Below are positions 51,280 through 59,116 of a stretch of 64,000 nucleotides of DNA, in pieces. The position numbers and the translations under genes were made by a program. This DNA comes from an uncultured Candidatus Saccharibacteria bacterium (GTDB lineage: Bacteria > Patescibacteriota > Saccharimonadia > Saccharimonadales > JAUPVS01), in assembly GCA_964627095.1 (NCBI GenBank), contig CAZVKH010000003.1:21248-85247 (forward strand), given 5' to 3'. Position 1 is the stretch's first letter. The number at the start of each line of letters is the position of its first letter. The notes beneath the pieces are model-generated. The model saw nothing but the letters and a program-made list of their open reading frames with translations. It did no database searches and was not told the origin of the DNA.

Positions 51280-51915
51280 CTATTGCTTGACACCCTTAAT
51301 GACGTCAACCACTCTGCCTTCAATCGTGTAGTCATCATGTTCATCAATAAATATTGGTGAGAAGTCTCGTTGTCTGTGAGAGTCGGAAAGAAGTACTATC
51401 CTCCCGGGCTCACGCTTGAACTTCTTAACATTAGCCAAACCACCAATGTTCGATATAACAATGTCGTTATCCTGTGGCTCGTAACCGTCGAGCTTGTCAA
51501 CAATTACGTAATCACCATCTTCTATTGATTTACCGTTCACATTTACTGAACTCATTGAGTCTCCCCTGGCGATCAAGGCATACAGACGGTCAGGCCTTTT
51601 TGTTCTTACAACTGATGGCGATACGACCAAGCTGTCGACAACCCTTCCATCAGCGTAGCGTGTTGCTTCGCCACAGTCAGCTTCGCCCATAACAGGTATA
51701 GTCATGTATCCTGCAACGCTTTTCATTGCTGGAACTAACCTACCCGATACACGCACTAAGTCACCAGACTTAACTAGCTGGTTCATGTGGTGCGTAATCT
51801 GTGACGGATACTGACATCCGACCAAATCAACAAGGTCGACTCTACGGGTTGTATCGAGGTCTATTGTGCGTGCAAGAAGAAGGATCTTCTCTTGAATTGG
51901 GTTCATTATTACCAT
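51280..51915 (-). CDS. LexA/CI/SetR-like repressor with an S24 autopeptidase domain
   Basis: N-terminal wHTH, a candidate cleavage site VAG-Y followed by IPVMGEA, the catalytic Ser context ARGDSMS and the Lys context ANVKKFK. Confidence 0.8.
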   Translation of the reverse strand: MVIMNPIQEKILLLARTIDLDTTRRVDLVDLVGCQYPSQITHHMNQLVKSGDLVRVSGRLVPAMKSVAGYMTIPVMGEADCGEATRYADGRVVDSLVVSPSVVRTKRPDRLYALIARGDSMSSVNVNGKSIEDGDYVIVDKLDGYEPQDNDIVISNIGGLANVKKFKREPGRIVLLSDSHRQRDFSPIFIDEHDDYTIEGRVVDVIKGVKQ

Positions 51916-52084
51916 TGTAACACGTTTTTGTTGTGTTTTCTGTTTTTTTTCTGTCTTTCTGTGCTATAATTATGTCAAGCTAATCACACCGAGGTGGGCC
52001 GAGGTGATGAGCGATCCTTTCGCAGCTAAGATTCCGCGTTGCGCCTGGAGGGTAGAAAGCGGGACAGGAAGGATCTATAGTTAC

Positions 52085-52360
52085 ATGGCAGTCAGGATTC
52101 AGGCAATCACGAAACCAGCTGGCGATGATCGATATGAGGCAATTAGCCATTATTGGGCAAACAACAGCAGTGGCGTACTAGAGGGCTTTGAACGAGCATG
52201 GTTTATTGGCTATCTCGAAAGAGAGAACACATACGCCTATGTATCTGAGGATGGCGACAAAGCAATTTGCGACATCAAAGATAACGGCAACATCCGTTTC
52301 TTACAGACTCGTGCAGACGCATCTCAGGCTAACAATTTGTTAAGTCTTCCGCGGAAATAG
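52085..52360 (+). CDS. DUF3892-like protein
   Basis: From memory of the family, the C-terminal FLQTRADASQANNLLSLP resembles DUF3892. The M28 start (52085) gives the usual length of about 90 aa. The ORF track starts at 52004. Confidence 0.5.
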   Translation: MAVRIQAITKPAGDDRYEAISHYWANNSSGVLEGFERAWFIGYLERENTYAYVSEDGDKAICDIKDNGNIRFLQTRADASQANNLLSLPRK

Positions 52361-52384
52361 TTTTTACTATTTGCAGCAATAAAG

Positions 52385-52415
52385 TAGCTCCCTAAGGGGG
52401 CTATTTTATTTTTTG
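52385..52415. terminator. Bidirectional rho-independent terminator between convergent genes
   Basis: TAGCTCCC-taa-GGGGGCTA hairpin flanked by aataaag on the left and ttttatttttt on the right. Confidence 0.6.
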
Positions 52416-52428
52416 GCATGCAGGTTAG

Positions 52429-54318
52429 TTAGTCTGTGTTTGTGTAGAACACTTTGCCTTTAGGTAGCTTAAGGTTTGGCATCCAGAACGGATTACCGTC
52501 CCAGCCCTTACTCTGGCTACCGACAATCCTATAAAGAGTAATCACAGGTCTATCTTCAATGTGTTTGCCAAGAGATCGATCATCTGGCGAAAGCATTGTG
52601 CCGGTCTTCATGCCGATGTCGCGGTCTCGGCGCACAATAAGGGTAACTTCATCAACAAAGCCTTTCTCTGATGACAGTGAGCGTAAGGCTGATATGAATG
52701 ATTGGACACTCCAGTTGTTGATCTGATCCTCTTTGAACTCTGACAGGATTTTCATCGCTTCTACGTAGGTAATCTGGTGTGTTGGTTTTTTGTCGCTGTA
52801 CTGATCAAGCATCTCATCAAGAGGGTCTTCATTATCCTGCTCTGGGTTAGGCGGGAAGTAGTTGATTCCACCGACCAACACATCTAGCTTGCTACGATCT
52901 ACAACGTTTGGACGGGTTGGCCGTACTCCTGGAGGGAACATCAGCTGTAGCTTATCTAAGTTACCTTGCTCGATCTGCTCGTAAAGTACTTCGTTTGAGC
53001 TGTTAATTTCTGCGAATAGGTTGAATAGTGCTCGTGGCATAAACAGGCGCATGAGGAGTGGATCTCGGTCGTAGCCAAACATTCGACTGTGCTGCCAAAA
53101 GGTGTCGGCCTGAGGGTTTTTTGAAGATCTACAGTAATAGACCGTTTGCAGTCCCTTGAAGGTAACACCACGACCCAGGCTGTTGCCACCAACAATTATG
53201 TTTGCGCCTTGCTCAATGTTTGGTGCTACCTCGCTGTCTTTACCTGAGTTCATAGTCACATAGTGAATCTTGTGGCTACTCTTCAAGTAGTTAACGATCT
53301 TATTGAAATCAACAATGTCTGGCTTAGACTCCTTGAGTCTCTCGTATGCAATCGTAAGCCTCTCTGTCGCCCAGAGACTATCTATGTTTGATACTAGATC
53401 GGTTATGTATGCTTCGGTTTTTTGAGCCAGTACTGAATGGTCATCAATACGCGAACTGGGGTGAATGAGAAAGTTGCAAACTTTGGCACCAGCTATGAAC
53501 TGATGAGCGTATGTTACTAAAAAGGTTTCCGCCGCCAACTTAAGGCCCTCTGGGGTACCGTCTGTTTCTAGTAGCTCACTGAGTTCGTCGTCAGCTGTAT
53601 AGATATTGGTGAAGGGTCTTGGCTTGGAGTAGAAGAAGGAACCCCCAAGGTATCCTTTGCCGGGTGGGAAGTAATGGATAAAACTTGGCTTCCAGCCTGA
53701 ATCAAGGGTTTGTAATAAAATTGGCTGGGGCGTTGCTGTTACTTGCAGATAAAAGCTACTTGTACAGAGATTCTTAATCTCCTCGAGATGCTTGTTGATG
53801 GTACTTTGATCAAGTTCTGGGTTATTTACTTTGGTATTAAGTGAAGTAGCGTCAGCCTCATCGTCAATAATGAATATAGGTCGTCCCGTACAGTAACCTG
53901 ACGACGCTAGATGATTTTTCCACTTTTTAAGCACACTAGCGTTCTTTTTTAGAACCACGACGGTCGGCTGTCTTAGTTTCTTACTAAAGAATCGAACGTC
54001 GTCTTTCTCGTCGCATACATTAAAAGTATCTATACTCTGCATGGCGCGTTCAAAGGTTTGCTGTTGAAGTGCGGTCATGCCACTTGTTAACACCAGGAAT
54101 AGTTCAAAACCAGCATCAGCGGCTGCCGACATAACGCCAAACATCTGACCTGTTTTACCGCTCTGAACTTGACCAAGCAATAAACCTACCACATGATCTT
54201 TAAAGGTAAATTTGGCTAGCTGCTCATCGTTGAGTAACTTAATTGTCTCTCTAACTGAAGCCACTGCTTCAGGTGTACTCTCTGCTAGTCTCGCTAAATA
54301 TTCATTTACATGATTCAT
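52429..54318 (-). CDS. Z1-domain P-loop/DEAD-type ATPase, N-protein of a CglI/NgoAVII-type restriction system
   Basis: Walker A GQVQSGKTG and Walker B/DEAD FIIDDEADATS. The ATG overlaps the stop of the PLD nuclease gene by 4 nt. Confidence 0.7.
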   Translation of the reverse strand: MNHVNEYLARLAESTPEAVASVRETIKLLNDEQLAKFTFKDHVVGLLLGQVQSGKTGQMFGVMSAAADAGFELFLVLTSGMTALQQQTFERAMQSIDTFNVCDEKDDVRFFSKKLRQPTVVVLKKNASVLKKWKNHLASSGYCTGRPIFIIDDEADATSLNTKVNNPELDQSTINKHLEEIKNLCTSSFYLQVTATPQPILLQTLDSGWKPSFIHYFPPGKGYLGGSFFYSKPRPFTNIYTADDELSELLETDGTPEGLKLAAETFLVTYAHQFIAGAKVCNFLIHPSSRIDDHSVLAQKTEAYITDLVSNIDSLWATERLTIAYERLKESKPDIVDFNKIVNYLKSSHKIHYVTMNSGKDSEVAPNIEQGANIIVGGNSLGRGVTFKGLQTVYYCRSSKNPQADTFWQHSRMFGYDRDPLLMRLFMPRALFNLFAEINSSNEVLYEQIEQGNLDKLQLMFPPGVRPTRPNVVDRSKLDVLVGGINYFPPNPEQDNEDPLDEMLDQYSDKKPTHQITYVEAMKILSEFKEDQINNWSVQSFISALRSLSSEKGFVDEVTLIVRRDRDIGMKTGTMLSPDDRSLGKHIEDRPVITLYRIVGSQSKGWDGNPFWMPNLKLPKGKVFYTNTD

Positions 54319-55379
54319 CTGCTAACCCCGAAGTCAATATACCACTTGTCGCTATCTCGCAGTTTGGAAAGTGTAAACGTATCACGACCATACTTCCTGA
54401 ACGTCTCGGAGGTAACAAGCTCGCCGGTCTTTAGAGCGCCTGCTTGCTCTAGTCTGCCTTTAAGCCACTTGCCGAGTATCTTGAGATCTTTTTCGGAACG
54501 TAGATTCTTACTGTTCTGGCCACTAATCTTACATGTAAACTCCCAGCCATCATCTGTAATTACCTCAATTACACCACCGTCACCGTCTTTGTCCGATTGA
54601 GGATAGCCTGGCAATGAGGTAACAGACTTAGGAACAATCAGTTCAACCTCATACCAAGAGCGAGGCATAACAAACTTCTGCTTATTCTCACGTCCTTTTC
54701 CATTAAAGGTATTGAGGTTACTCCTGGTCGCGTCGTCTGCCTTAAGAGCTATGGTAAAGCTAACGCTAGGGTCAATGTTTGCTGATACTAGCTTTACGGT
54801 TTCATCGGTTACTTTCTCCACACCATACTGGTCATTCAGTAGGGTGTTCTTAGACTGAACAACTTTTACGTCAGCTTCAGCAAAGGGTGTTGTTGCAACC
54901 TCGTTCAGCTTCGATATAAAGTCATTGACCTCGTCTGCGTCGCCATTCTCAAGAAGATAATCTACCTCGTATTGGCGGTTGGTTTTGTTCTCAATAATGT
55001 TCGTTAGATTGGATGAGCCAATTAACGATCCGATGTTACCGCCGTCTTTAGAAAAGCTCATTAGCTTTCCGTGAAACGGAAAAGTTACCACCATATATAC
55101 GCCACCAAGGTCTTTTTGACGTAGAAGCTGGTCTAGATCTTCAAGGGCTTGCTTTTGCTGTACGGATAATCCTTCGAAATAGTGCATGCCGATATTGAGC
55201 TGTATGAAAGGCCCACCATTAATTTCAATGATGTTCCGCAAATCAACTACAGCATCGGCTGAGATATAACCTGTGGCAATATTAAGTCTATCGGCAACTT
55301 CGATTAATTCTTTGAAGGTGTCGTGGTAGGTGCTGGACTGGGTTTTCAGCGGTGGATAATTTGAATACAGTAAGCTCAC
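54315..55379 (-). CDS. PLD-family restriction endonuclease (NgoFVII/NgoAVII/CglI R-protein-like) with a C-terminal DNA-binding domain
   Basis: The HKD-like motif FHGKLMSFS...GSSNLT lies in the N-terminal half. GTG start is 1 nt after the methylase stop. Confidence 0.65.
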   Translation of the reverse strand: MSLLYSNYPPLKTQSSTYHDTFKELIEVADRLNIATGYISADAVVDLRNIIEINGGPFIQLNIGMHYFEGLSVQQKQALEDLDQLLRQKDLGGVYMVVTFPFHGKLMSFSKDGGNIGSLIGSSNLTNIIENKTNRQYEVDYLLENGDADEVNDFISKLNEVATTPFAEADVKVVQSKNTLLNDQYGVEKVTDETVKLVSANIDPSVSFTIALKADDATRSNLNTFNGKGRENKQKFVMPRSWYEVELIVPKSVTSLPGYPQSDKDGDGGVIEVITDDGWEFTCKISGQNSKNLRSEKDLKILGKWLKGRLEQAGALKTGELVTSETFRKYGRDTFTLSKLRDSDKWYIDFGVSR

Positions 55380-55380
55380 T

Positions 55381-56454
55381 TTACTCCGTAGCTAATGATA
55401 GGTTAAGTTTTACACCACTTTCTATCTTACTACGTTCTTTAACAGATGCTAAGCCCTCTACGCGCCTCTTAGCCTCAAACACCGGCATTAGGTGCTCAGC
55501 CACAACTTTAGCGGCCACTGGAGGCACCGAGTTTCCTATTTGCCGACGAACTTCGGTGATTGAGCCTTCAAACACAAAATCGTCAGGGTAGCCGAATAAT
55601 CGGGCACGCTCTCTATTTGTAAGTGGGCGATGTTCTTCGAAGTGATAACCCCAAGTGCCACCACCGCCACCAGCGATGATAGTTGTTGATGGTTCGTCTC
55701 TGTGTAGCCTGCGATAAACGTGACTGATCATGCCTTTAACATAGTGTGGATTGTCTTTAGGTATTGCTGTGAAGTTTTTGCCCTCAGGAATGAGTTTCAG
55801 CTTTTCAACTGTACTCGGCATGATGCTCTGATGCTCGTTATTGTGTTTCACTTTCTCGACACCTTTCAGTGCTTCGCCAGCAGTAACGTAATTACCCGGG
55901 CCGTGCGTGGGCTCTGGAGGAGTAAATACAAAATCTATATCTGATCTAACGCCTACAATTAGAACTCGTTCTCGCAGTTGTGGCGCACCGTACTTTGCGA
56001 AGTTATAAAGATTGACATTTATCTCATATCCAACTGCTCGGAAGTCCTCAGCTATCTTGGCTATAGCTTTGCCACCGTTAGCGGTTATGAGGCCTTTTAC
56101 GTTTTCTGCGATGAAGACCTTAGGCATCTTAGTCTCAACAGCCTTAACAAAGTATTTGTATAGGTTGCCTCTGTCTGTTTCTAGACCGCCACGCTTAGAG
56201 ATCATCGAGAAATCTTGACAAGGGAACCCTCCAGTCATAATGTCGCAGTCAGGAATGTCATTGAAGTCTATATCCGTAATACTTTTTTCGACAATGTGAT
56301 CACCGAAATTTTTCGCATATGTTTTGCATGACCAGTGGTCAAAATCGTTAGCCCACACTACTTGATAGCCAGCTTGCACAAGGCCAAGGTCAAGTCCGCC
56401 ACATCCAGAGAACAGTGAAACTAATTTTGGCTTACTAAGTGTTTTCTTAGACAT
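55381..56454 (-). CDS. DNA (cytosine-5)-methyltransferase
   Basis: Motif I LFSGCGGLDLG, motif IV GGFPCQDFS, ENV, QLRERV and GNSVPP. The ATG at 56454 follows GAGGG. Confidence 0.9.
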   Translation of the reverse strand: MSKKTLSKPKLVSLFSGCGGLDLGLVQAGYQVVWANDFDHWSCKTYAKNFGDHIVEKSITDIDFNDIPDCDIMTGGFPCQDFSMISKRGGLETDRGNLYKYFVKAVETKMPKVFIAENVKGLITANGGKAIAKIAEDFRAVGYEINVNLYNFAKYGAPQLRERVLIVGVRSDIDFVFTPPEPTHGPGNYVTAGEALKGVEKVKHNNEHQSIMPSTVEKLKLIPEGKNFTAIPKDNPHYVKGMISHVYRRLHRDEPSTTIIAGGGGGTWGYHFEEHRPLTNRERARLFGYPDDFVFEGSITEVRRQIGNSVPPVAAKVVAEHLMPVFEAKRRVEGLASVKERSKIESGVKLNLSLATE

Positions 56455-56708
56455 GGTTACCCTCGTTTTTCTATTACGGTTATGCAATTGATAAATGTAG
56501 TATACATGAAAATTGTATGCCTCGCCGCACTTGAAATATTAAGAAATGATTACATTGCTAATCTGTTATGTGGATAACTCTTACTTTACGTAGGCTTTTG
56601 AGTGTACATCCCAAACTCCACTAGCAAGGTAGTACAAAGTCTCCACCTTGCCAGCGGAGCCTCTTGGGATTGTTTGTATGCCTGTTACATAAAGTAAAGG
56701 AGGCAGAC

Positions 56709-56981
56709 ATGCTAGAACAAACATCAACTTACAACGGTTGGAGCAACCGTGAAACGTGGTTAGCCAGTCTTTGGTTAACCAATGACCAAGGCAGCTACGC
56801 ACTGCTCATGGAAGCGCTGAGGACTGGTGACAGTGACTTTGCTCGAGCTGATTGGCTCGAGCAGCAGCTGCGTGAACAGCTTGCTGACGAAGCTGGTGGC
56901 GCTAGTATGTGGAGCGATCTGCTCAGTACAGCGTTTCACCGCATCAACTGGGTTGAGGTTATAGAGAATAACCAAGACTAG
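56709..56981 (+). CDS. Hypothetical protein (acidic, Trp-rich N-terminus YNGWSNRETWLASLWLTND)
   Basis: RBS AAAGGAGG before the ATG at 56709. No function recognised. Confidence 0.4.
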   Translation: MLEQTSTYNGWSNRETWLASLWLTNDQGSYALLMEALRTGDSDFARADWLEQQLREQLADEAGGASMWSDLLSTAFHRINWVEVIENNQD

Positions 56982-57016
56982 TTACTCGCCCTGATCATGG
57001 CGGTAAAAGGCTCAAA

Positions 57017-57529
57017 CTAATCTTTAATAACACTTCTGATAAAGTCATTCTTTGAACGTGTGTATATGTCTCGATTGTCTTTGTGCTTGGTCGCTAGGCT
57101 TCGTTTTAAGGTGGCATACTCTTCTGCTAGAGAAGCGTTATCTCTCAGACGGTCTCTAAACTTCAGTAGCGATTCAAATTCGCGGCTGTTTACGATGTGT
57201 AAGTAGACTGTTCGCTTTTCTCTTGGCCCCTTAGCAAAAAATCTGCGATCTGGCAGGTCAGGCTCTATTCCTTTATACCAGTAGCCTATTTTGGCTAGGC
57301 GATCTTTCCAGTCCTCAGCAATATCCAACGAGTCCACAAGAACAGCTATATCAAGAATTGGCTTTGATGGCATGTTAGGAATAGACGTGCTGCCAACATG
57401 TTCAATACGTCCAGCATCTATGCCTAGTGCTTTGCGTAAACTTTCTGCCTCAAGCTCATATATTTTTGGCCAGTTTGCATTGTATTCAACAAGTTCAACT
57501 GTTCCGCTTTTAAGTCCTAGATCTGCCAT
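57017..57529 (-). CDS. GrpB family (nucleotidyltransferase-fold) protein
   Basis: IEHVGSTSIPNMPSKPILDI and YLHIV motifs typical of GrpB. Confidence 0.7.
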   Translation of the reverse strand: MADLGLKSGTVELVEYNANWPKIYELEAESLRKALGIDAGRIEHVGSTSIPNMPSKPILDIAVLVDSLDIAEDWKDRLAKIGYWYKGIEPDLPDRRFFAKGPREKRTVYLHIVNSREFESLLKFRDRLRDNASLAEEYATLKRSLATKHKDNRDIYTRSKNDFIRSVIKD

Positions 57530-57532
57530 GTG

Positions 57533-57997
57533 TTACTCTAATTCATCCTGTGTAGGTGGTTCGAAAGTAGCGACCCATTTCTCTAAGTCATCTCTGGTGA
57601 AGTGAAGCATTCCGATTTCTTGGGTTTCAGGTCGTTCAGAAGATCTTCGCCAGAGCTCATCAATAGGAACATCTTGGTAGTCCAGTTTTACTATTGCTCC
57701 AAGAGCTTGAGCCTCTTCACGATACTTTTGTCGTTCAGTTCTTGACCAAAAGCCATTCTCAAGAATAACACTTTGCCCCAATGTCAGGAGCCTTTTACCT
57801 AGTTGCCACTGAAGTCTTTCTACTTGTTCTCGGGCTTGCTCGTGGTGTTCGTGGTCAAGCCTATGGTCGTAAAGGTCAGTAACCCACTCATCAGGTGAAA
57901 AACGGACAGCATTTTGTTCCTGCTCAATCTCTTTTGCACGTGTTGTTTTGCCTGAGCCAGGCAATCCAACCATCAGATATAAAGTTGGCTTGTTCAT
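57533..57997 (-). CDS. P-loop kinase-like ATP-binding protein (AAA_33/PNK-like)
   Basis: Walker A GLPGSGKTT at the N-terminus of a 154-aa protein. Confidence 0.65.
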   Translation of the reverse strand: MNKPTLYLMVGLPGSGKTTRAKEIEQEQNAVRFSPDEWVTDLYDHRLDHEHHEQAREQVERLQWQLGKRLLTLGQSVILENGFWSRTERQKYREEAQALGAIVKLDYQDVPIDELWRRSSERPETQEIGMLHFTRDDLEKWVATFEPPTQDELE

Positions 57998-58016
57998 GAG
58001 ATTATTGTATCAGATG

Positions 58017-58835
58017 TTACAGATGAGCTAGCCCACTGTTCTGACCCGTCCAGATATCTTTGGTGGCTCCGTCTAGTAGAGACTTCGTTGAAGTTGTCAT
58101 AAACCTCAGATCCTCTTCGTCTATATAGTTGTTATCTAGAGCCGTTTGGATGTGTTTGTGGAGTTTTTCTTCGGTTCTGGCATCCTGGCAGGCTATCAGG
58201 ATGGTTGGGTATTGATTGTTTGGCCAGTCACCGGACTCAAAGTGCTCAACGTAGGCATCTATGCGCTTCTTGATAATAAAGAACTGGGTGTCGGTGAAGA
58301 TGTCCAGTAGGTATTCGTTTGGCTGGTCTTCGGCCGGCTCTTTTCGGCTTAGGTAGAGATCTGGCAGCTTTTCTGGCATGTAGTCCAGCTCAGCTGTTTC
58401 TGACTTAGTGAAGATGCTGAAAGTGTCTTTGTAAGCTTCACGCAGGTTAAGGCAAGCCGTGAATACGTTTAGGTTATGATCAACAAAACTTTGGCTCAGT
58501 GATTTGTTTTTGTACATAAGATGCAGAGCCTTTTGGCTCAAACTATGTTCATCACGCAGTAGCTTCAATCCTTTTGAGACTAGAAAGTAACTAGCAGGTT
58601 TCCCAAGTAGCTTGTACGACTTGTCATAACGCCGAGATATATAGCCTTGATCCATAAGTATTGATAATGTGTTGTTGACCGATCTTGGACTAACTTTCTT
58701 TTGTCTGGCTAATAACTCAGCAGATGCAAACCTGAATTTGAAGAGCAGCTTTAAGAGATGCACTTGCTTGCTGTTTAATTTAGTTTTATGGGCATCCATA
58801 TACGTAAGTATATAAGAGAGATAGTAAATAGTCAT
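58017..58835 (-). CDS. Replication-relaxation-like wHTH protein (candidate replication/transfer initiator)
   Basis: The N-terminal pattern LNSKQVHLLKLLFKFRFASAELLARQKKVSPRSVNNTLSILMDQGYISR resembles the Replic_Relax family as I remember it. The real start may be M13 (58799). Confidence 0.45.
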   Translation of the reverse strand: MTIYYLSYILTYMDAHKTKLNSKQVHLLKLLFKFRFASAELLARQKKVSPRSVNNTLSILMDQGYISRRYDKSYKLLGKPASYFLVSKGLKLLRDEHSLSQKALHLMYKNKSLSQSFVDHNLNVFTACLNLREAYKDTFSIFTKSETAELDYMPEKLPDLYLSRKEPAEDQPNEYLLDIFTDTQFFIIKKRIDAYVEHFESGDWPNNQYPTILIACQDARTEEKLHKHIQTALDNNYIDEEDLRFMTTSTKSLLDGATKDIWTGQNSGLAHL

Positions 58836-58905
58836 TATTATATCTGTTAAGAATTGTATATTTATTGCTTATCGGTAGGTAATAAAATATTACAACGCTA
58901 ATGTC

Positions 58906-58934
58906 TTGAACTGTCCTAAATAAGGTAGTATACT
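58906..58934 (+). promoter_or_regulatory. Candidate promoter of the recombinase operon, overlapped by direct repeats
   Basis: TTGAAC-17 nt-TATACT. Direct repeats ACTGTCCTaaATAaGGTAG (58910-58928) and ACTGTCCTtatATAGGTAG (58932-58950) cover the -35/spacer and the -10/+1 regions. Confidence 0.5.
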
Positions 58935-58966
58935 GTCCTTATATAGGTAGGTATATAGAGGGTAAA

Positions 58967-59116
58967 ATGGCTAGAACAAAAGGTGCGAAGAACAAGCAAA
59001 AGATACCACCCGTTCTTACGTTATCTCAGGAAGAACGCGTAGAACTCCTAGCCAAAATTCTTGTTGAGATTGTTGATGAGGAGCGACGGAGAGGCGAGCT
59101 ATGCAAGACTCCGTAA
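58967..59116 (+). CDS. Small basic/acidic protein (49 aa) upstream of and overlapping the recombinase start
   Basis: Manual reading gives MARTKGAKNKQKIPPVLTLSQEERVELLAKILVEIVDEERRRGELCKTP. GAGGG lies 5 nt before the ATG. It is too short for the ORF track. Confidence 0.4.
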   Translation: MARTKGAKNKQKIPPVLTLSQEERVELLAKILVEIVDEERRRGELCKTP

